Made by a program: the position numbers and the translations under genes. A stretch of 64,000 bases of DNA from the human T2T-CHM13v2.0 reference genome, Homo sapiens. The first letter of the stretch is position 1, and each line of letters begins with the position of its first letter. Below, piece by piece: positions 1 through 14,662 of this stretch. The stretch is from NCBI RefSeq assembly GCF_009914755.1, contig NC_060941.1; one strand, given 5' to 3'. The notes under the pieces are model-generated. The model saw only the letters and a program-made list of their open reading frames with translations, was not told where the DNA came from and made no database searches.

Positions 1-77
1 CCTCCCATGACAGATAGGGATTATGGGGACTATAATTCAAGATGAGATTGGAGTGGGGACAGAGCCAAACTATATCA
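1..77 (-). mobile_element. THE1/MST MaLR LTR 5' end (cut by the window edge)
   Basis: Reverse complement tgatatagtttggctctgtcccc...atctcatcttgaattata. Confidence 0.8.
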
Positions 78-98
78 CAAGGCATAGTTGAAGAGAAA

Positions 99-600
99 TG
101 TGATTGGCAGAATAATGGTCCCGTTCTAATCCTGGAATTTGTGAATATGTTACAGTACATGACAAAGGGGAATTAAGGCAGTAGATGGAATTAAGGTTGC
201 TAATCAGCTGACTTTGAAATAGGGAGATCATCCTGGATTATCTGGGTAGACCCAGTGTAATCACAAGGGTGCTAAAAAGTAAAACAGGGAGGCAGACGAG
301 ATCAGAGTGAGGCAGTAGAAGAAGGGTTCATTCTGCTGCTACGGCTTTGAAGATGGAGGAGGAAGACCATGAACCAAAGAATGCAAGAAACCTCTAGAAG
401 CTACACAGGGTAAGAAAACAGATTCTCCCCTACAGCCCCCAGAAAGAGACACAGCCTAGCCAACCCCTTGATGTTAGCCGAGTGAGAACCACATCACACT
501 TCTAACCCCCAGAGCTGTAAGATGATAACTCTGTTTTGTTCTAAACCATTAAGTTTGTGGTCATTTTTTTTTTTTTTACAGCAGCAATAGAAAGTTAACA
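99..600 (+). mobile_element. MLT1-type MaLR LTR
   Basis: tg..ggcagaataatgg start, ggattatctggg..cccagtgtaatcacaaggg core, acagcagcaatagaaa end. Confidence 0.8.
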
Positions 601-1759
601 TGGGGGCAGGGTTGGGGGAAGGAGTCCGAGAGCCTGAGGCCTGAGAACAAGACGGGAAGACATTGCTGGACATTTATTTTATGACGTGCCTCATCAGCAG
701 AACAAAGAAGGGCATGGACTTATGTTTAAAAACTGTCCAGAAGTGACCAAAGAAATTCACCAGTGATGCAGATGAGCTCCTAATAATCATGCCATCGGAG
801 CAGGCTGTGATAGCCTGGAAATCCTGCCTGAAACCAAACTGCAACATTTCCAACTAAGAAATCAAGCGGTGATAAACCTCAGTATCTGAAAGGGTTAAAT
901 ATTGTGCCCACGTGACTACTGTTCTTTCTTTCTGTGAATTAATGTGTGTGCCAGAAAATATTTGTGAATAAAAAACAATTACATAATCTCATTGTCATGA
1001 ATGTGGTTATTTATCTCTGAGCGTTAAGACTGATTGTTCCCCCCACTGAACATCTTAGTGTAAATATCAGAGAAAAAATATACTACCCACCGTAATAATA
1101 TAAAACATCTAATTAGCTTAAATTGTTCTGAATAGGAAATTGTATAATTTAGAAATAATAAATTGGTTATAAAAAGCCAATCATTTCCCAGTCAGATAAA
1201 ATTCCTGTTATTCACAGAACAAATTTTTCTAATTTGTTGCACTGGGCAACAAATTAGATCAAAATTTTAAAATAGTTACTATAATAAACAAGATCAATAA
1301 AAATCTTTCCTTAAGTTTTCTTGATGAAAATATTCTCAAGCCATTTAAAAACAATTCAAAACTCAGAAAATTATGCATCCTGCAATGCTTACAATTCCTC
1401 TGGCAGTAAAATTAAAAACAAACAAAGAAGAGTAAGTAATTCAAATAAATTTGGAAATAGTTCATACTTGTAAAGAAGCAACATAACGTGACATTTCTTT
1501 TGATTTATTCAATAGCCTATTAGATAATGTATGCTATTTGTCCAAAAATGTTTTAGTTACGGGGTAAAAATTTAAATTCTTAGTTCTTCATTTGGTTATT
1601 TAGACATACAAAATAAAATAGATGATTTAAAAAGTCAAAATGACTCGTTAATAACTTACTGCTTTTAATGGTTTCTACCTAAACGTCTGGCATGCCTATT
1701 TATAGTCTTATGTTATATTTCTATATGCAAAATAACCACAATTTTAGAGGTTAACTTAC

Positions 1760-1890
1760 TCTCAGGAAAGCTGGAGGAAAAATCTAGAAACACAGTTCAT
1801 CCATGGGTCTCTGCATGTTCTGGAGGAGAATTCACATTCCTTTTGGGTCACTACTACATCATGCTTTTAATTTCACATTCATTGTGAATA
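1760..1890 (-). other. ABCA9: ABCA9 non-coding first exon (5' end approximate)
   Basis: Ends in a consensus donor GAGA|gtaagt (1759-1754). The sequence matches my recollection of the ABCA9 mRNA leader, and ABCA9 is the tandem downstream neighbour of ABCA6. Confidence 0.75.
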
Positions 1891-1896
1891 GTTCTG

Positions 1897-1968
1897 TTTT
1901 ATACAAATTTCCCAGGAGAATTTGGTCTCAGTTCAGCTAGCCTGCCAAAATATCTTCTGCTCACGTGG
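1897..1968 (-). promoter_or_regulatory. ABCA9: Putative ABCA9 core promoter: TATAAAA (1903-1897) and E-box CACGTG (1962-1967)
   Basis: Motifs seen immediately upstream of the first exon. Confidence 0.55.
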
Positions 1969-3380
1969 TGATTTCTTTGCTGTTTTCCATTTCTTTGTTT
2001 CCTGCTAGTTACTCAGCAGGGAGTTTGTAGTTGCAGATGGCTGGCTGGACATATCAAAACATTAGGAACTATCAAACCAAGGAGAATCTAGCCTTTCTCA
2101 ATCGGTCTTTTCATACAAGGCCCTAATGGGAGAGTTGACCCCAACACAATGATTTAAACAAAGATAAGTAAGAAGCCAATCCAGAGAAGAGTAGAGCAGA
2201 ACAAAGTGAAAAATACATAAATATATATGTTATATATATATATATTTTAAGTGACAAGTAAATACATACAAATTGGGTTAGAAACTATTTAAAACCTTCA
2301 ACAGATTCTTAAAACTTGAATCCAGAAATACGGCAATAAAGCAATGTAATTTTCTTCAGGGTAACAAAAGAAACTCTGAGTTTCCATCTGCATCTCAGTT
2401 TCATTGTGTGCATACTAATTGTAGCATCTTTCATCTTTCATGGTACTGAAGCGAGCAGAATCTTTAGAGAAATCTCACATAACAATTACCTGTGCTCTCA
2501 AAGCCTCCAGGCTTGTCATCTCTGCAACGGTTCCCATGAAACAAACTACTTTCTCCACCAGTAACTACTGAATTTTAGTATGTCCTGCTTTCCAGTATTG
2601 TTAGAGAAACATTTTTAACTGGTAATAGATGCCATTCTGTCTATTTTTGAGCATCTTATGTAAGTAGAAGAAAAGACTGTTCCAAAATTCTTATAATTCA
2701 TGGAGTTCATCTTTGGCTGAAGAAGAGGGGGGAAAGGACCACTATCATTCTGCTTACAGCCAGTAAGTCTGTTAAATTCTTCAGTACTGTAATTTCTTCC
2801 TGAACATACAGCTGAAAGGGAAACAATAAATGCATGCAATTCTTAAATCAGCCTCTTATCTGTGTCTCATGGACCATGATAACCAAATGAAATCTTCCTT
2901 ACCCATTTCCCATTCTCTCAATATTGATTCAATTATATTTATCCTTTTTCTAATTATATGCGATCCAGAAGTTGCTCAGCAAGCAGTCTGTGGAAGTAGG
3001 CTGAACTCCTGAATCCATGAGACTGTCAAACTTAAAAAAAAAAAAAAAGACTTCTGATTGTTTCCATATGTCTACAGAAAAGGTTATAGGTTGGTTGATT
3101 TTCTGCAGAAAATACAAAATTATCACATTCAATACATTTAATAACATCGCCAACATTTTGTGCACAGAGAATATAATTTAGGAAATTTTTTTTCAGTAAC
3201 TTGTTTCCTAGAAGAACTTTGTACCTAGGTTAGAGCTTATGAGTTCTGGACCTAGTTGATTTTGACTTTCGGTTCTAAATTCTGTTTTCAATGTTTCCTT
3301 CAGTGTACCACACTGTAATCTCTGTGGCACTATAACAGAGCAAGCTCCCTCTCATTGATCTTCTTTTTAATATTTTCTAG

Positions 3381-3776
<396 letters not shown>

Positions 3777-3829
3777 TGAAATGACACTGATTTTATACCA
3801 TAATGTACACTTTTTTTTGGCAACTACAT

Positions 3830-4060
3830 ATAGCATTTATTGTGTCTAAGACATACTTAAATATTAAAACATTTAATCCACAGAATAATCCCATGAGGTA
3901 GGCATTATTCTAATCAACCCATTTTACGGACCAGAAAGGTGAGGCCCAGGGAGTTACATAACTTGCCCAAATTCACACAGATGGTGAGTAGCGGAAACTG
4001 AGTTAAAACTCAGACAATCTGTAGAGTCTATGAGCTCAAATTACAAATGCTATGCTGTCT
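3830..4060 (-). mobile_element. MIR fragment
   Basis: cccattttac..ga....tgaggcccag..agttacataacttgcccaa core. Confidence 0.7.
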
Positions 4061-4476
4061 CATTTGCATATATCTGTTTATTCCATTATTCTTACTTTAT
4101 GTGCACATATTTTACAATTTTCCTTGCCTTTTGCTTCATTTATTTTGCGGCAGTATTCTCCAGTGCCAGAAACCTTATAAATTTCATGTGATGTGTTTTG
4201 CACCAGACTACAACATTCTTCTTGGAATCTTTGCTGGCTATTTGTAAGGAGGACTTGTCACCCCAAGACCTGTGTGCAGCCCTTCTCAACACTGTGCAAA
4301 AACAGAAAAACCTGATCTGTAAAGAGAGAAGGATGAAGCGGTCCAGCTGCCTGATAAAGACTGAGAATGTCTGCTTGTTTTCCAGGGGCTTTTATCTTCT
4401 TGCTTTTCATTCTTTCTCAGATCTGGCTGCACTGCCTGCATGTGAGTTTTGTCAGATATCCTCCAAACATTTCTCT

Positions 4477-4764
4477 TTGTTTTTTGTTTTGTTTTGTGTT
4501 TGTTTTTTTTTGTGTGTGTGTGTGACGTGATCTCTGCTCACTGCAAGCTCCGCCTCCCGGGTTCATGCCATTCTCGTGCCTCAGCCTCCCAAGTAGCTGG
4601 GACTACAGGCGCCCGCCACGATGCCCGGCTAATTTTTTGTATTTTTAGTAGAGACAGGGTTTCACCATGTTAGCCAGGATGGTCTCGATCTCCTGACCGC
4701 GTGATCCGCCCGCCTCGGCCTCCCAAAGTGTTGGGATTACAGGCGTGAGCCACCGCGCCTGGCC
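4477..4764 (-). mobile_element. AluY-like element, CpG-rich, 3' end partly replaced by (TG)n
   Basis: Diagnostic gcaagctccgcctcccgggttcatgccattctc and ttagccaggatggtctcgatc. Confidence 0.9.
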
Positions 4765-6624
4765 CTCTTTGTTTCTTAAAAATGTAATAAATTCTACTTG
4801 GTCTTGTTTTGTGCTTTTTTTGCCTTGAAATATCCTTTGTGTGATATATTCCTGCCCTCCACTTTCATTTGCAATTTGCATTTCTCAGATATATTTTGAC
4901 AAACTTTTATTACATGCCTAAAGGATGCCTGTTGAAGTAGTATAATTGCATTTCTCTTTTTACCTTATCTGCAAATCTTCTACTATCCATGGGCAGGGCA
5001 GGGAAGGGGATGTAAGTCCTTTGGTTACCCAATCCTTTTCTTCCAGTCATCTTATTTTATGGTCTCTTTAAATTACGCTTTCCTGTTATTTCCCATTTAT
5101 CCATTTCTGTAGTGATTGTGTTTTCTCTGTTCCTTTTTTCAGGTTCCCCTTTTCCTTTTTCCCCAACTATCATCTATAAAGTTCTGGATCAGTATTTTGT
5201 TCTACTAGTGATAACCCTCAAATGTTAACAAACGTATCAGGATCTACATTACTCTGGCAATATAAAAAATCAGCCTATGTCTCTATACATCTTTCTCCCC
5301 CATCTTCCTGCTCCTTATAGGATACACCCGTTAGCATATTTGAACTTAAAACATTAGCTCTACTTCTTACTAATTGCAATGCAAGGCAAGTAACTTACCT
5401 TGGAGCCCCAATGATTTACCCAGGAAGCTTTAGTTTTCTCATCTGTGAGATCCAGAGGACACAATAGTATCTAACAAGGGTGTTTTAGAATTTATAAATT
5501 TAGGTTTGGGGTGGAGGGGAGATGGTAGAGATTAAAGGAAATAACATATGTAAAGTATTGAGTGCAGTAGCTTGCAATGAGGGATGACTCACCAAATGCT
5601 AGAGACTCTACTCTCCACGGCTGTGTCAAAACTAGACATTATAGGTGTTTGTAAATTTTACCAGTCTGATTAATAAAAAATAGTACCACCTTGATAACTT
5701 ATATTTCTTAGTGGTGTCAAGCATATTTTAATATACTTTTTGGCCATTTGTAAATTTTTTTTTACTATAACAAATCTGTTCATTTTCTCTATCTGTATTT
5801 TTGTTACTCTGTCATTCCATTATTGTTTTCTGTTTTTGTTTATAGCTCTGACTGAAAATGTCTTATATTTCTCACTTTAAAAATAGCATGTTATTGCTTT
5901 CTCATCCAGATATGATGATAAAGTGCTTTTGGTACTCGTAAGTTTGAGGTTTTTTTGTTTTTCTTGTGAAGACATCTTAGGGTTTTCTCTTTAACCACAA
6001 GTGTAGGGAATTTCATGACAGTGTGCTCAGGTATAGATTTTTGGGTTTTGTCCTACATGGCACTTTGTGTTCACTTGCAATCAAAGAACTTGTGTCTCCT
6101 TTTTAAGTTCTGGGAAAATTTTAACTAATACCTTCATCAAATATTGCTTTCCTTCTAGTCTCTCTATTCTTTTCTCTTGGAAGTTTATTAGATATTGAGC
6201 AATGTTGTCCTTGTGTCTATCCTTTGCTTATCTGCCATCTTGAAATGGGAAAGCAATCTATTTCCACATCACATATAAACAATCTTTCTGACATAGAATT
6301 TTTATGATATCATTCCCACTACTGCCTTGACTGTGTCCTGATCTCTTTGCAAATGTACAAGAATTTTTTTTTTAATTATCTGGTCCTTTCTTCTCTTTCC
6401 ACTCTTCCCTTGCCTTGTCTCCTTCCTCCAACTCAAGCCAGATACTTCTACATGATTTTCTTTTTTAATAAGTACATCATGTTCTCATTTACCTCTCTTT
6501 GCTCTCCTGTAACTAACTCCGGTTCACAAGTGGACTTCTCTGGTGACTACAACTATCTTCTCAGCTCCTACTTTTCCTTCAGGTTTCAGCTCTGATCTCT
6601 CCTCCCACAAGGTGCCTTCCTTGC

Positions 6625-7002
6625 TGATACAGTTTGGCCGTGTCCCCCCGGCAAATCTCGTCTTAAATTATAGTTCCCATAATCCCCATGTGTCGTGGGA
6701 GGGACCTTGTGGGAGGTAATTGAATCATGAGGGCAGTTACCCTCAGGCTGTTCTTGTGATAGAGAGTGAGTTCTCATAAGATCTGATGGTTTTATAAGGG
6801 GCTTTTCCCCCCTTTTGCTCGGCACTTCTCTTTCCTGCCACCCTGTGAAGAAGGACATGTTTGCCTCCCCTTCTGCCATGAATGTAAGTTTCCTGAGGCC
6901 TCCCCAGCCACCATGAACTGTGAATCAATTAAACCTCTTTTCCTTATAAATTACCCAGTCTCAAATATGTCTTTACTAGCAACGTGAGAACGAACTGATA
7001 CC
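6625..7002 (+). mobile_element. THE1-type MaLR solo LTR with CTTGC target-site duplication
   Basis: tgatacagtttggc start; CTTGC at 6620-6624 and 7003-7007. Confidence 0.9.
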
Positions 7003-8178
7003 CTTGCCCTCATTGCATATGGGTTCCATGCCCCTTCCAGGTGCCCCCACAGCACGCTGTGGTTACTGCTATTGTAGTATGTACCTCACTGTCTTTTAGG
7101 CTAAATATACTCATTTCTCCCACACCATAGATTGTAAACAACTGAAGGGTACAAAATCATCACCGCTGTGTACCTCACAGAGCCTGGAACATGAAGGTTG
7201 CTCAATACATATGTTTTAAGTTTTAAATGTATAATATTGAATGTGAGGTAGGAAAACAAAAGAAAAAAAGTATCTTTTTTTTTTCAAGAAGCTTAGTTAT
7301 AAAAGAAAGGTTGTAGGTTGGGTGGTAGTTTAAGTGAGTTGTTTTTGTCAAGAAAAGGTTGTTATTTTGTTTTTTAAAGACAACATTTAAAAAGGGAAAG
7401 TGAGGAGGAGAACGCTGAACACGCAGGAGAAACGCAGTAACAGGTGGAGTGCTGCTTTTTTGGAGGGGCTGCGTAAGACGGTATTGGATCAGATGGGACA
7501 GGTTTTTTTTTTTCTCTGTCACAAGAAAAAAAGGAAGTGCCAGTGAAAGCTGAGAGGATTAAAAAATGTGACAACACGAAGTAAAGATTTCCGTCCTCAG
7601 GGTTAAGATTTTTCTGTGAAGTAGGAAGCAAATTCTAAGAACAAACCAACAGATGTGCTGGGCACTTGAGGATACTGTGAGGAGTCTTCAAATAGGTATC
7701 AAGGAGAGTGGAAGATTGCCTTAGACATGTCAGGAACTCATAAGTCCTGCTGCCTTAAGAAATGCTCCTTGAAACTAAAGGAAAATTTGTAAGGTTTATC
7801 TCTGAACTGATGGCTCAAAACAACATATTTTTAGAAGTTATTTATCATTAATTAAAATCATTGATGGATCAGGAAAGGCATCGATAGCTATTGAAACTGA
7901 TAAATAGTGAGTGACTTAAAGACTTGACAGAAAAATGCTTTAAATGTACAAGAGAAAAGCCGTACTTATGGAATAAACTGAGTTACTCATACCTAAGACA
8001 CTAGCACCAATACAAAAATAGCAATAAAAAAAGAATTGACATATTTAATGCTAAATTTTGTAATATTTTTGCTATTTTTGTATGAATGGAAATTTTCTTA
8101 ATATATAATTAAATATGATTTAATATTTTTTAAATTTATATTCTTCAACTTTGAATTTATAAAAGAAAGTCATTGTGC

Positions 8179-8572
8179 CCTGTAATCCCAGTACTTTGCG
8201 AGGCCAAGGTGGGAGGATCTCTCGAGTCCAGAAGTTCAGACCAGCCTGGGCAACATGGTGAAACCCTGTCTCTACAAAAAATACCAAAAAATCAGCCAGG
8301 TGTGGTAGTACATGCCTGCAGTTCCAGCTACTCTGGAGGCTGAGGTGGGAACATCACTTGAGCCCTCGAGCCTGGGAGGTGGACGTTGCAGTGAGCTGAG
8401 ATGGCGCCACAGCCTTCCAGCCTGGGCAACAGAGTAAGCAGAGTGAGACCTTGGAAAAAAAAAAAAAAGAAAGAGAGAGAGACAGAGAAAGAAAAAAGAA
8501 AGAAAGAAAGAAGAAAGAAAGAAACAAAGAGAAAGAAAAGAAAGAGAAAGAAAGAAGGAAAGAAGGAAAGAA
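8179..8572 (+). mobile_element. Alu (AluJ-like) with an expanded A/GAAA tail
   Basis: Alu body 8179-8455, purine-rich tail to 8572. Confidence 0.9.
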
Positions 8573-11184
8573 ATTGGGTTATACAGGTTTCTTTTTTATT
8601 CTTACCCTATATAAGACTAACTAGTAAGCCTGGGCTCCTCAAACATCACCAACAATTACAATTACATTACAAGTTATAGTCAGAGTTCAGAAGCCTCACA
8701 GAGCTCATTGGGTTTGAAAGAACTAAACATTGCTGCCATTGCATTTCTTGTCAGCTTCTGTTGGGGGCAGTACATAAAAACAAAGAGTTTATTTTGTTAT
8801 AGTAGATGCTCATCTCTGTGCAGGAAACCTAAACAGAAACACTGGGAAATCTTGGCTCCTTATCTTATAGGCCAGGAAATCTAGGCCCCACTCCACAATA
8901 TCTGGGGGGCACTAATTCTTTCTGTATTTGTTTTAAGATGTTTGATTAAATTAATATATGTTAGATTTTGCCTAGGTCTTTTTTCTCCAGAGAAATTATT
9001 TACTGTTACATAGGAATCTCAGGTGTTCAGCCTTTTTATAAACATTCAACGGAAACTTCAAACAAAAATGTATTTGGTCATCTAAAATTATTGTTTCCAA
9101 TATACAATCATTATTCCTCTGAGCCCATCCTGGGAGTATTTTATGCAAGTTTTCTAGTGTATTTAGCATACAACTTAAAAAACCTTAAGAAGATATCAAG
9201 CCAGTTACTTTTCAATTTATTTGTACCAAAATACCACACAGTGGGATTTTGTAAGATAATAGCAAAATCTTTATTGCTATTTCTATTTCTATTGTTGAAC
9301 TATGCTAATGTGAATGCTCCTTCAACAAGGAAATAAATAAAATGGTTAAATAAGAAGTAACAAAAACAGAGATCACATTTAAAGAAAAATAAATACCCAG
9401 ATGCCAGAAATGAAACAGGAAAACAAAGCTAAAAGGAGATTGCTATTTTAAGCCAGTAAGTTTTAAGGTGGTTTGGCAAAGGCTGATTGACAAACCAGCT
9501 AAAATATAATTCATGTGTAAGCATAAAATAGATATATCTTTACCCCAAAAAACTGAGATTTCTATTTTATGGACATCTCTGAAAGAACTACTAATAAATA
9601 TCCTCCAAGAAGAAGAAAAAACTGAATCCAGAAAGAAGTAGTTGAATGCTAGCAACTAATAAATATATTAGTGAACTAAATAAATATTGATTGTGCAAAC
9701 TAATGATGATAATGACTAATGTGTGCAGGGGGCAGTGTTAAACACAATGGACAACTCAAGTATCAAACAGCAGTTATATGGGAGGAGAGAGCCATGATCA
9801 GAGCTAAGTTCCCTAAAAATCTTATAGTTTAGGAAGAGGACAAAGATATGATTAACTTTAAAACTGCATTCTTCAGTAAGGTAGCCACTAGCCCCATGTG
9901 AGTATTTAAATGTAAATTTTAATTAATTAAAAATCAATAAAATTTAAAATTCAATTTCTTCACCTCCAACATGTAAAGAGCGTGGAAGTCATTATTCGCT
10001 TTCTTGCAGTAAGAAAAAACCTAAGCAAACTGAAAATCAGTGATATTTCTTGGACCCATCAGAGATTGAGGTTTCAGGGCAAACTACAACCCTAAAATCC
10101 AGAGAAACAAGTGAATACAGAGAATCACAGCCAAGATCAGCTTACCTGGAGCAGAAATCACTAGAGCCAGAAATTGGTAGGACGGAATGCATAAATGGTA
10201 ATTTTGATGAATTGCTGGAGGTTGAGTGTGGCCTGCAGCCGGGGGAGACATTCCTGGGGTCAGTCCCCTTAAGGGGAAGAAACAGGTGAGTGTAACTGGA
10301 GGAGGGCAAAGCCTGTGGGCCTCAAGGATCCATTCACCACTAGATCTGGTACCAAAGCAGGGGAGGAGGGTCTGACCTCCCTTTCCTTCTATCCTCAATC
10401 TGTTGCTGCTACTTCCTGTTGGATTAATCAAACCCAGCTGGAATCCAGGCATCAAAGAAGAGAATTGGTGATGCAGTACACAGTGGTCAGCTTCTTTTAC
10501 AAGGGGTGTGTTAGGGAAATAGAGAGTAAAGCCGGCACTAGATCTCTCTACGACAGCGTTGAAATAGTTTAGTTCTTTTTCCATTTTTCTCTTGATCCCT
10601 TCTTTTGTTTTATTCTGATCTTCCGTTTTCAGATTCATTAATCTGCTCCTAAATATAATCTTAATAAAAACCCATTAATAGCTTGAAAAACAACCATATT
10701 ATGATATTTTTAGCAAACTATGTCCATTTTAAAACTTTTAAAACCTTTATACTATATCTGATGTTGGTTATTCGGTATCTTGTAAACATTTCCATAACAC
10801 TTAAGAAAACTTATAGTTTATCAAAAACACAAGCAAAGATTTCATTATATTGTTATTGAAAGTGGTTATATATATTGTCATGTTATTCATTTGAGCAAGA
10901 CAGGAGAATTTATTGCTTGGGTTTTAGAAATAATTTAAATAAATTCAACTATCATTGTAAAACAAATTTACATTTATAAAGCACTAATGGTTCCAGAATG
11001 AACAAATTATAGGTTATTTATCACAGGTTTGGAAATGTAACTCTTCAGATACAATTATATCTGTAAAATATACAGATAAAATATTTAATTACATAAAATG
11101 CTTATATAATAGATAAGAAAAAGATTAAAGCATAAATATAAATGATCAAAAAAATACAAAAATTAAAAAAATAAAATGCAGCTC

Positions 11185-14100
11185 CCGGGCAAGATGGCCA
11201 AAAGAGAACAGCCCTGGTCTGCAGCTCCTAGCGAGATCAACGCAGAAGACGGGTGATTTCTGCATTTCCAACTGAGGTACCCAGTTCATCTCACTGGGAC
11301 TGGTTAGACAGTGGGTGCAGCCCATTGAGGGGGAGCAGAAGCAGGGTGGGCCGTTGCCTCACCCGGGAAGAACAAGGGGTCAAGGAACTCCCTCCCCTAG
11401 CCAAGGGAAGCGTGAGGGACTGTGCCTTGAGGGATGGTGCACTCCGGCCCAGATACTATGCATTTCCCATGGTCTTCACAACCCACAGACCAGGAGATTC
11501 CCTTGGGTGCCTACACCACCAGGGCCCTGAGTTTCAAGCACAAAGCTGGATGGCCATTTGGGCAGACACTGAGCTAGCTGCAGGAATGTTTTTTGTACCC
11601 CAGTGGCACCTGGAACGCCAGTGAGACAGAACCGTTCACTCCCTGGAAAGGGGGCTGAAGCCAGGAAGCCAAGTGGTCTAGCTCAGCAGATCACACCTTC
11701 ACAGAGCCCAGCAATGTCAGATCCACTAGACTGAAATTCTCACTGCCAGCACAGCAGTCTGAAGTCGACCTGGGGTGCTCGAGCTTGGTGACGGGAGGGG
11801 TGTCTGCCATTACTGAGGCTTGAATAGGTGGTTTTCCTCTCACAGTGTAAACAAAGCTGTCAGGAAGTTCAAACTGGGTGGAGCACAACACAGCTCAGCA
11901 AAGCCACTATAGCCAGACTGCCTCTCTAGATTCCTCCTCTCTGGGCAGGGCATCTCTGAAAGAAAGGCAGCAGCCCCAATCAGGGGCTTATAGATAAAAC
12001 TCTGATCTCCCTGGGACAGAGCACCTGGGAGAAGGGGCGGCTGTGGGCACAGCTTCAGCAGACTTAAACGTTCCTGCCTGCTGGCTCTGAAGAGAGCAGT
12101 GGATCTCTCAGTACAGTGCTTGAGCTCTGCTAAGGGACAGACTGCCTACTCAAGTGAGTCCCTGACCCCTGTGCCTTCTGACAGAGAGACAACTCCCAGC
12201 AGGGGTTGACAGACAGCTCATACAGAAGAGCTTCAGCTGGCATCTGGCGGGTGCCCCTCTGGGATGAAGCTTCCAGAGGAAGGAGCAGGCAGCAATCTTT
12301 GCTGTTCTGCAGCCTCCGCCAGTGAGACCCAGGCAAACAGGGTCTGGAGTGGACCCCCAGCAAACTCCAGTAGACCTGCAGAAGAGGGGCCTGACTGTTA
12401 GAAGAAAAACTAACAAACAGAAAACAATAGCATCAACATCAACAAAAAGGACGACCACGCAAAAACTCCATCCAAAGGTCACCAACAGCAAAGACCAAAG
12501 GTAGATAAATCCACGAAGATGAGGAAAAACCAGTGCAAAAAGGCTGAAAATTCAAAAACCCAGAATGCCTATTCTCCTCCAAAAAATCAAAACTCCTTGC
12601 CAGCAAGGGAACAAAACTGGATAGATAATGAGTTTGATGAATTGACAGAAGTAGGCTTCAGAAGATGGGTAATAACAAACTCCTTTGAGCTAAAGGAGCA
12701 TGTTCTAACCTAATGCAAGGAAGCTAAGAACTTTGATAAAAGTTTAGAGGAATTGCTAACTAGAATAACCAGTTTAGAGAAGAACATAAATGACCTGATG
12801 AAGCTGAAAAACACAGCACGAGAACTTTGTGAAGCATACACAAGTATTAATAGCTGAATCGATCAAACAGGAGAAAGGATACCAAAGATTGGAGATCATC
12901 TTAATGAAATAAAGCATGAAGACAAGATTAGAGAAAAAAGAATAGAAAGGAATGAACAAAGTCTCCAAGAAATATGGGACTATGTGAAAAGACCAAACCT
13001 ACATTTTATTGGTGTACCTGAAAGTGACGGGGAGAATGGAACCAAGTTGGGAAACACTCTTCGGGATATTAACCAGGAGAACTTCACCAATCTAGCAAGA
13101 CAGGCCAACATTCAAATTCAGGAAATACAGAGAACACCACAAAGATACTCTTCGAGAAGAGCAACCCCAAGACACATAATCATCAGATTAACCAAGGTTG
13201 AAATGAGGGAAAAAATGTTAAGGGCAGCCAGAGAGAAAGGTCGGTTTACTCACAAAGGGAAGCCCATCAGACTAACAGTGGATCTCTTGGCAGAAACCCT
13301 ACAGGCCAGAAGAGAGTGGGGGACAATATTCAACATTCTTAAAGAAAAGAATTTTCAACCCAGAATTTCATATCCAGCCAAAATGAATTTCATAAGTGAA
13401 GGAGAAATAAAATCCTTTACAGACAAGCAAATGCTGAGGGATTTTGTCACCACCAGGCCTGCCTTACAAGAGCTCCTGAAGGAAGCACTAAATATGGAAA
13501 GGAAAAACTGGTACCAGCCACTGCAAAAAAAAAAACAAAATGTAAAGACCATCAACACTATGAAGAAACTGCATCAACTGATGGGCAAAATAACCAGCTA
13601 GCATCATAATGACAGGATCAAATTCACACATAACAATATTAACCTTAAATGTAAACAGGCTAAATGCCCCCAATTAAGAGACACAGACTGGCAAATTGGA
13701 TGAAGAGTCAAGACTTATCAGTGTGCTGTATTCAGGATGCATCTCACATGCAAAGACACACATAGGCTGCTCAAAATGAAGGGATGGAGGAATATTTACC
13801 AAGCAAATGGAAAGCAAATAAAGCAGGGGTTGCAATCCTAGTCTCTGATAAAACAGACTTTAAACCAACAAAGATCAAAAGAGACAAAGAAGGGCATTAC
13901 ATAATGGTAAAGGGATCAATGCAACAAGAAGAGATAACTATCCTAAATATATATGCATCCAATACAGGAGCACCCAGATTCATAAAGCAAGTTCTTAGAG
14001 ACCTACAAAGAGACTTAGACTTTCACACAATAATAGTGGCAGACTTTAACACTGCATTGTCAATATTAGACAGATCAACAAGACAGAAAATTAACAAGGA

Positions 14101-14662
14101 TATTCAGGACGTGAACTCAGCTCTGGACCAAGCAGATCTAATAGACATCTACAGAACTCTCCACCCTCCATCCAACAGAAATTACATCCTTCTCAGCACC
14201 ACACAGCACTTACTCTAAAATCGACCACATAATTGGAAGTAAAACACTCCTCAGCAAATGCAAAAGAATGGAAATCATAACAAACAGTCTCTCAGAAGAC
14301 AGTGCAATCAAATTAGAACTCAGGATTAAGAAATTCACTCAAAACTGCACAACTACATGGAAACTGAACAACCTGCTCCTGAATGACTACTGGGTACATA
14401 ACAAAATTAAGGCAGAAATAAATAAGTTCTTTGAAACCAGTGAGAACAAAGAAACAACATACCAGAATCTCTGGGACAGCTACAGCAGTGTTTAGAGGGA
14501 AACTTATAGCACTAAATGCCCACACAAGAAAGCAGCAAAGATCTAAAATTGACACCCTAACATTACAATTAAAAGAACTAGAGAAGCAAGAGCAAACAAA
14601 TTCAAAAGCTAGCAGAAGACAAGAAATAACTAAGATCAGAGTAAAACTGAAGGAGACAGAGA
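11185..14662 (+). mobile_element. L1PA (older primate) 5' half: 5'UTR, disrupted ORF1 (from 12519), ORF2 endonuclease region (from 13609); 3'-truncated
   Basis: caagatggcc 5' end; ORF1 peptides RPNL..IGVPE and YPAK; ORF2 peptides KAGVAILVSDK and DHIIG; stops and frameshifts. Confidence 0.95.

Noticed and set aside
7380-7470. CpG-containing stretch ending in a T-run, as a possible Pol III gene
   Set aside because: No convincing A/B boxes or tRNA/snRNA fold.
8401-8679. Lys/Arg/Glu-rich 92-aa ORF
   Set aside because: Translation of an Alu end and its A/GAAA tail.
10084-10638. 184-aa minus-strand ORF
   Set aside because: Lies in what looks like old L1/LTR debris, with no recognisable protein motif.
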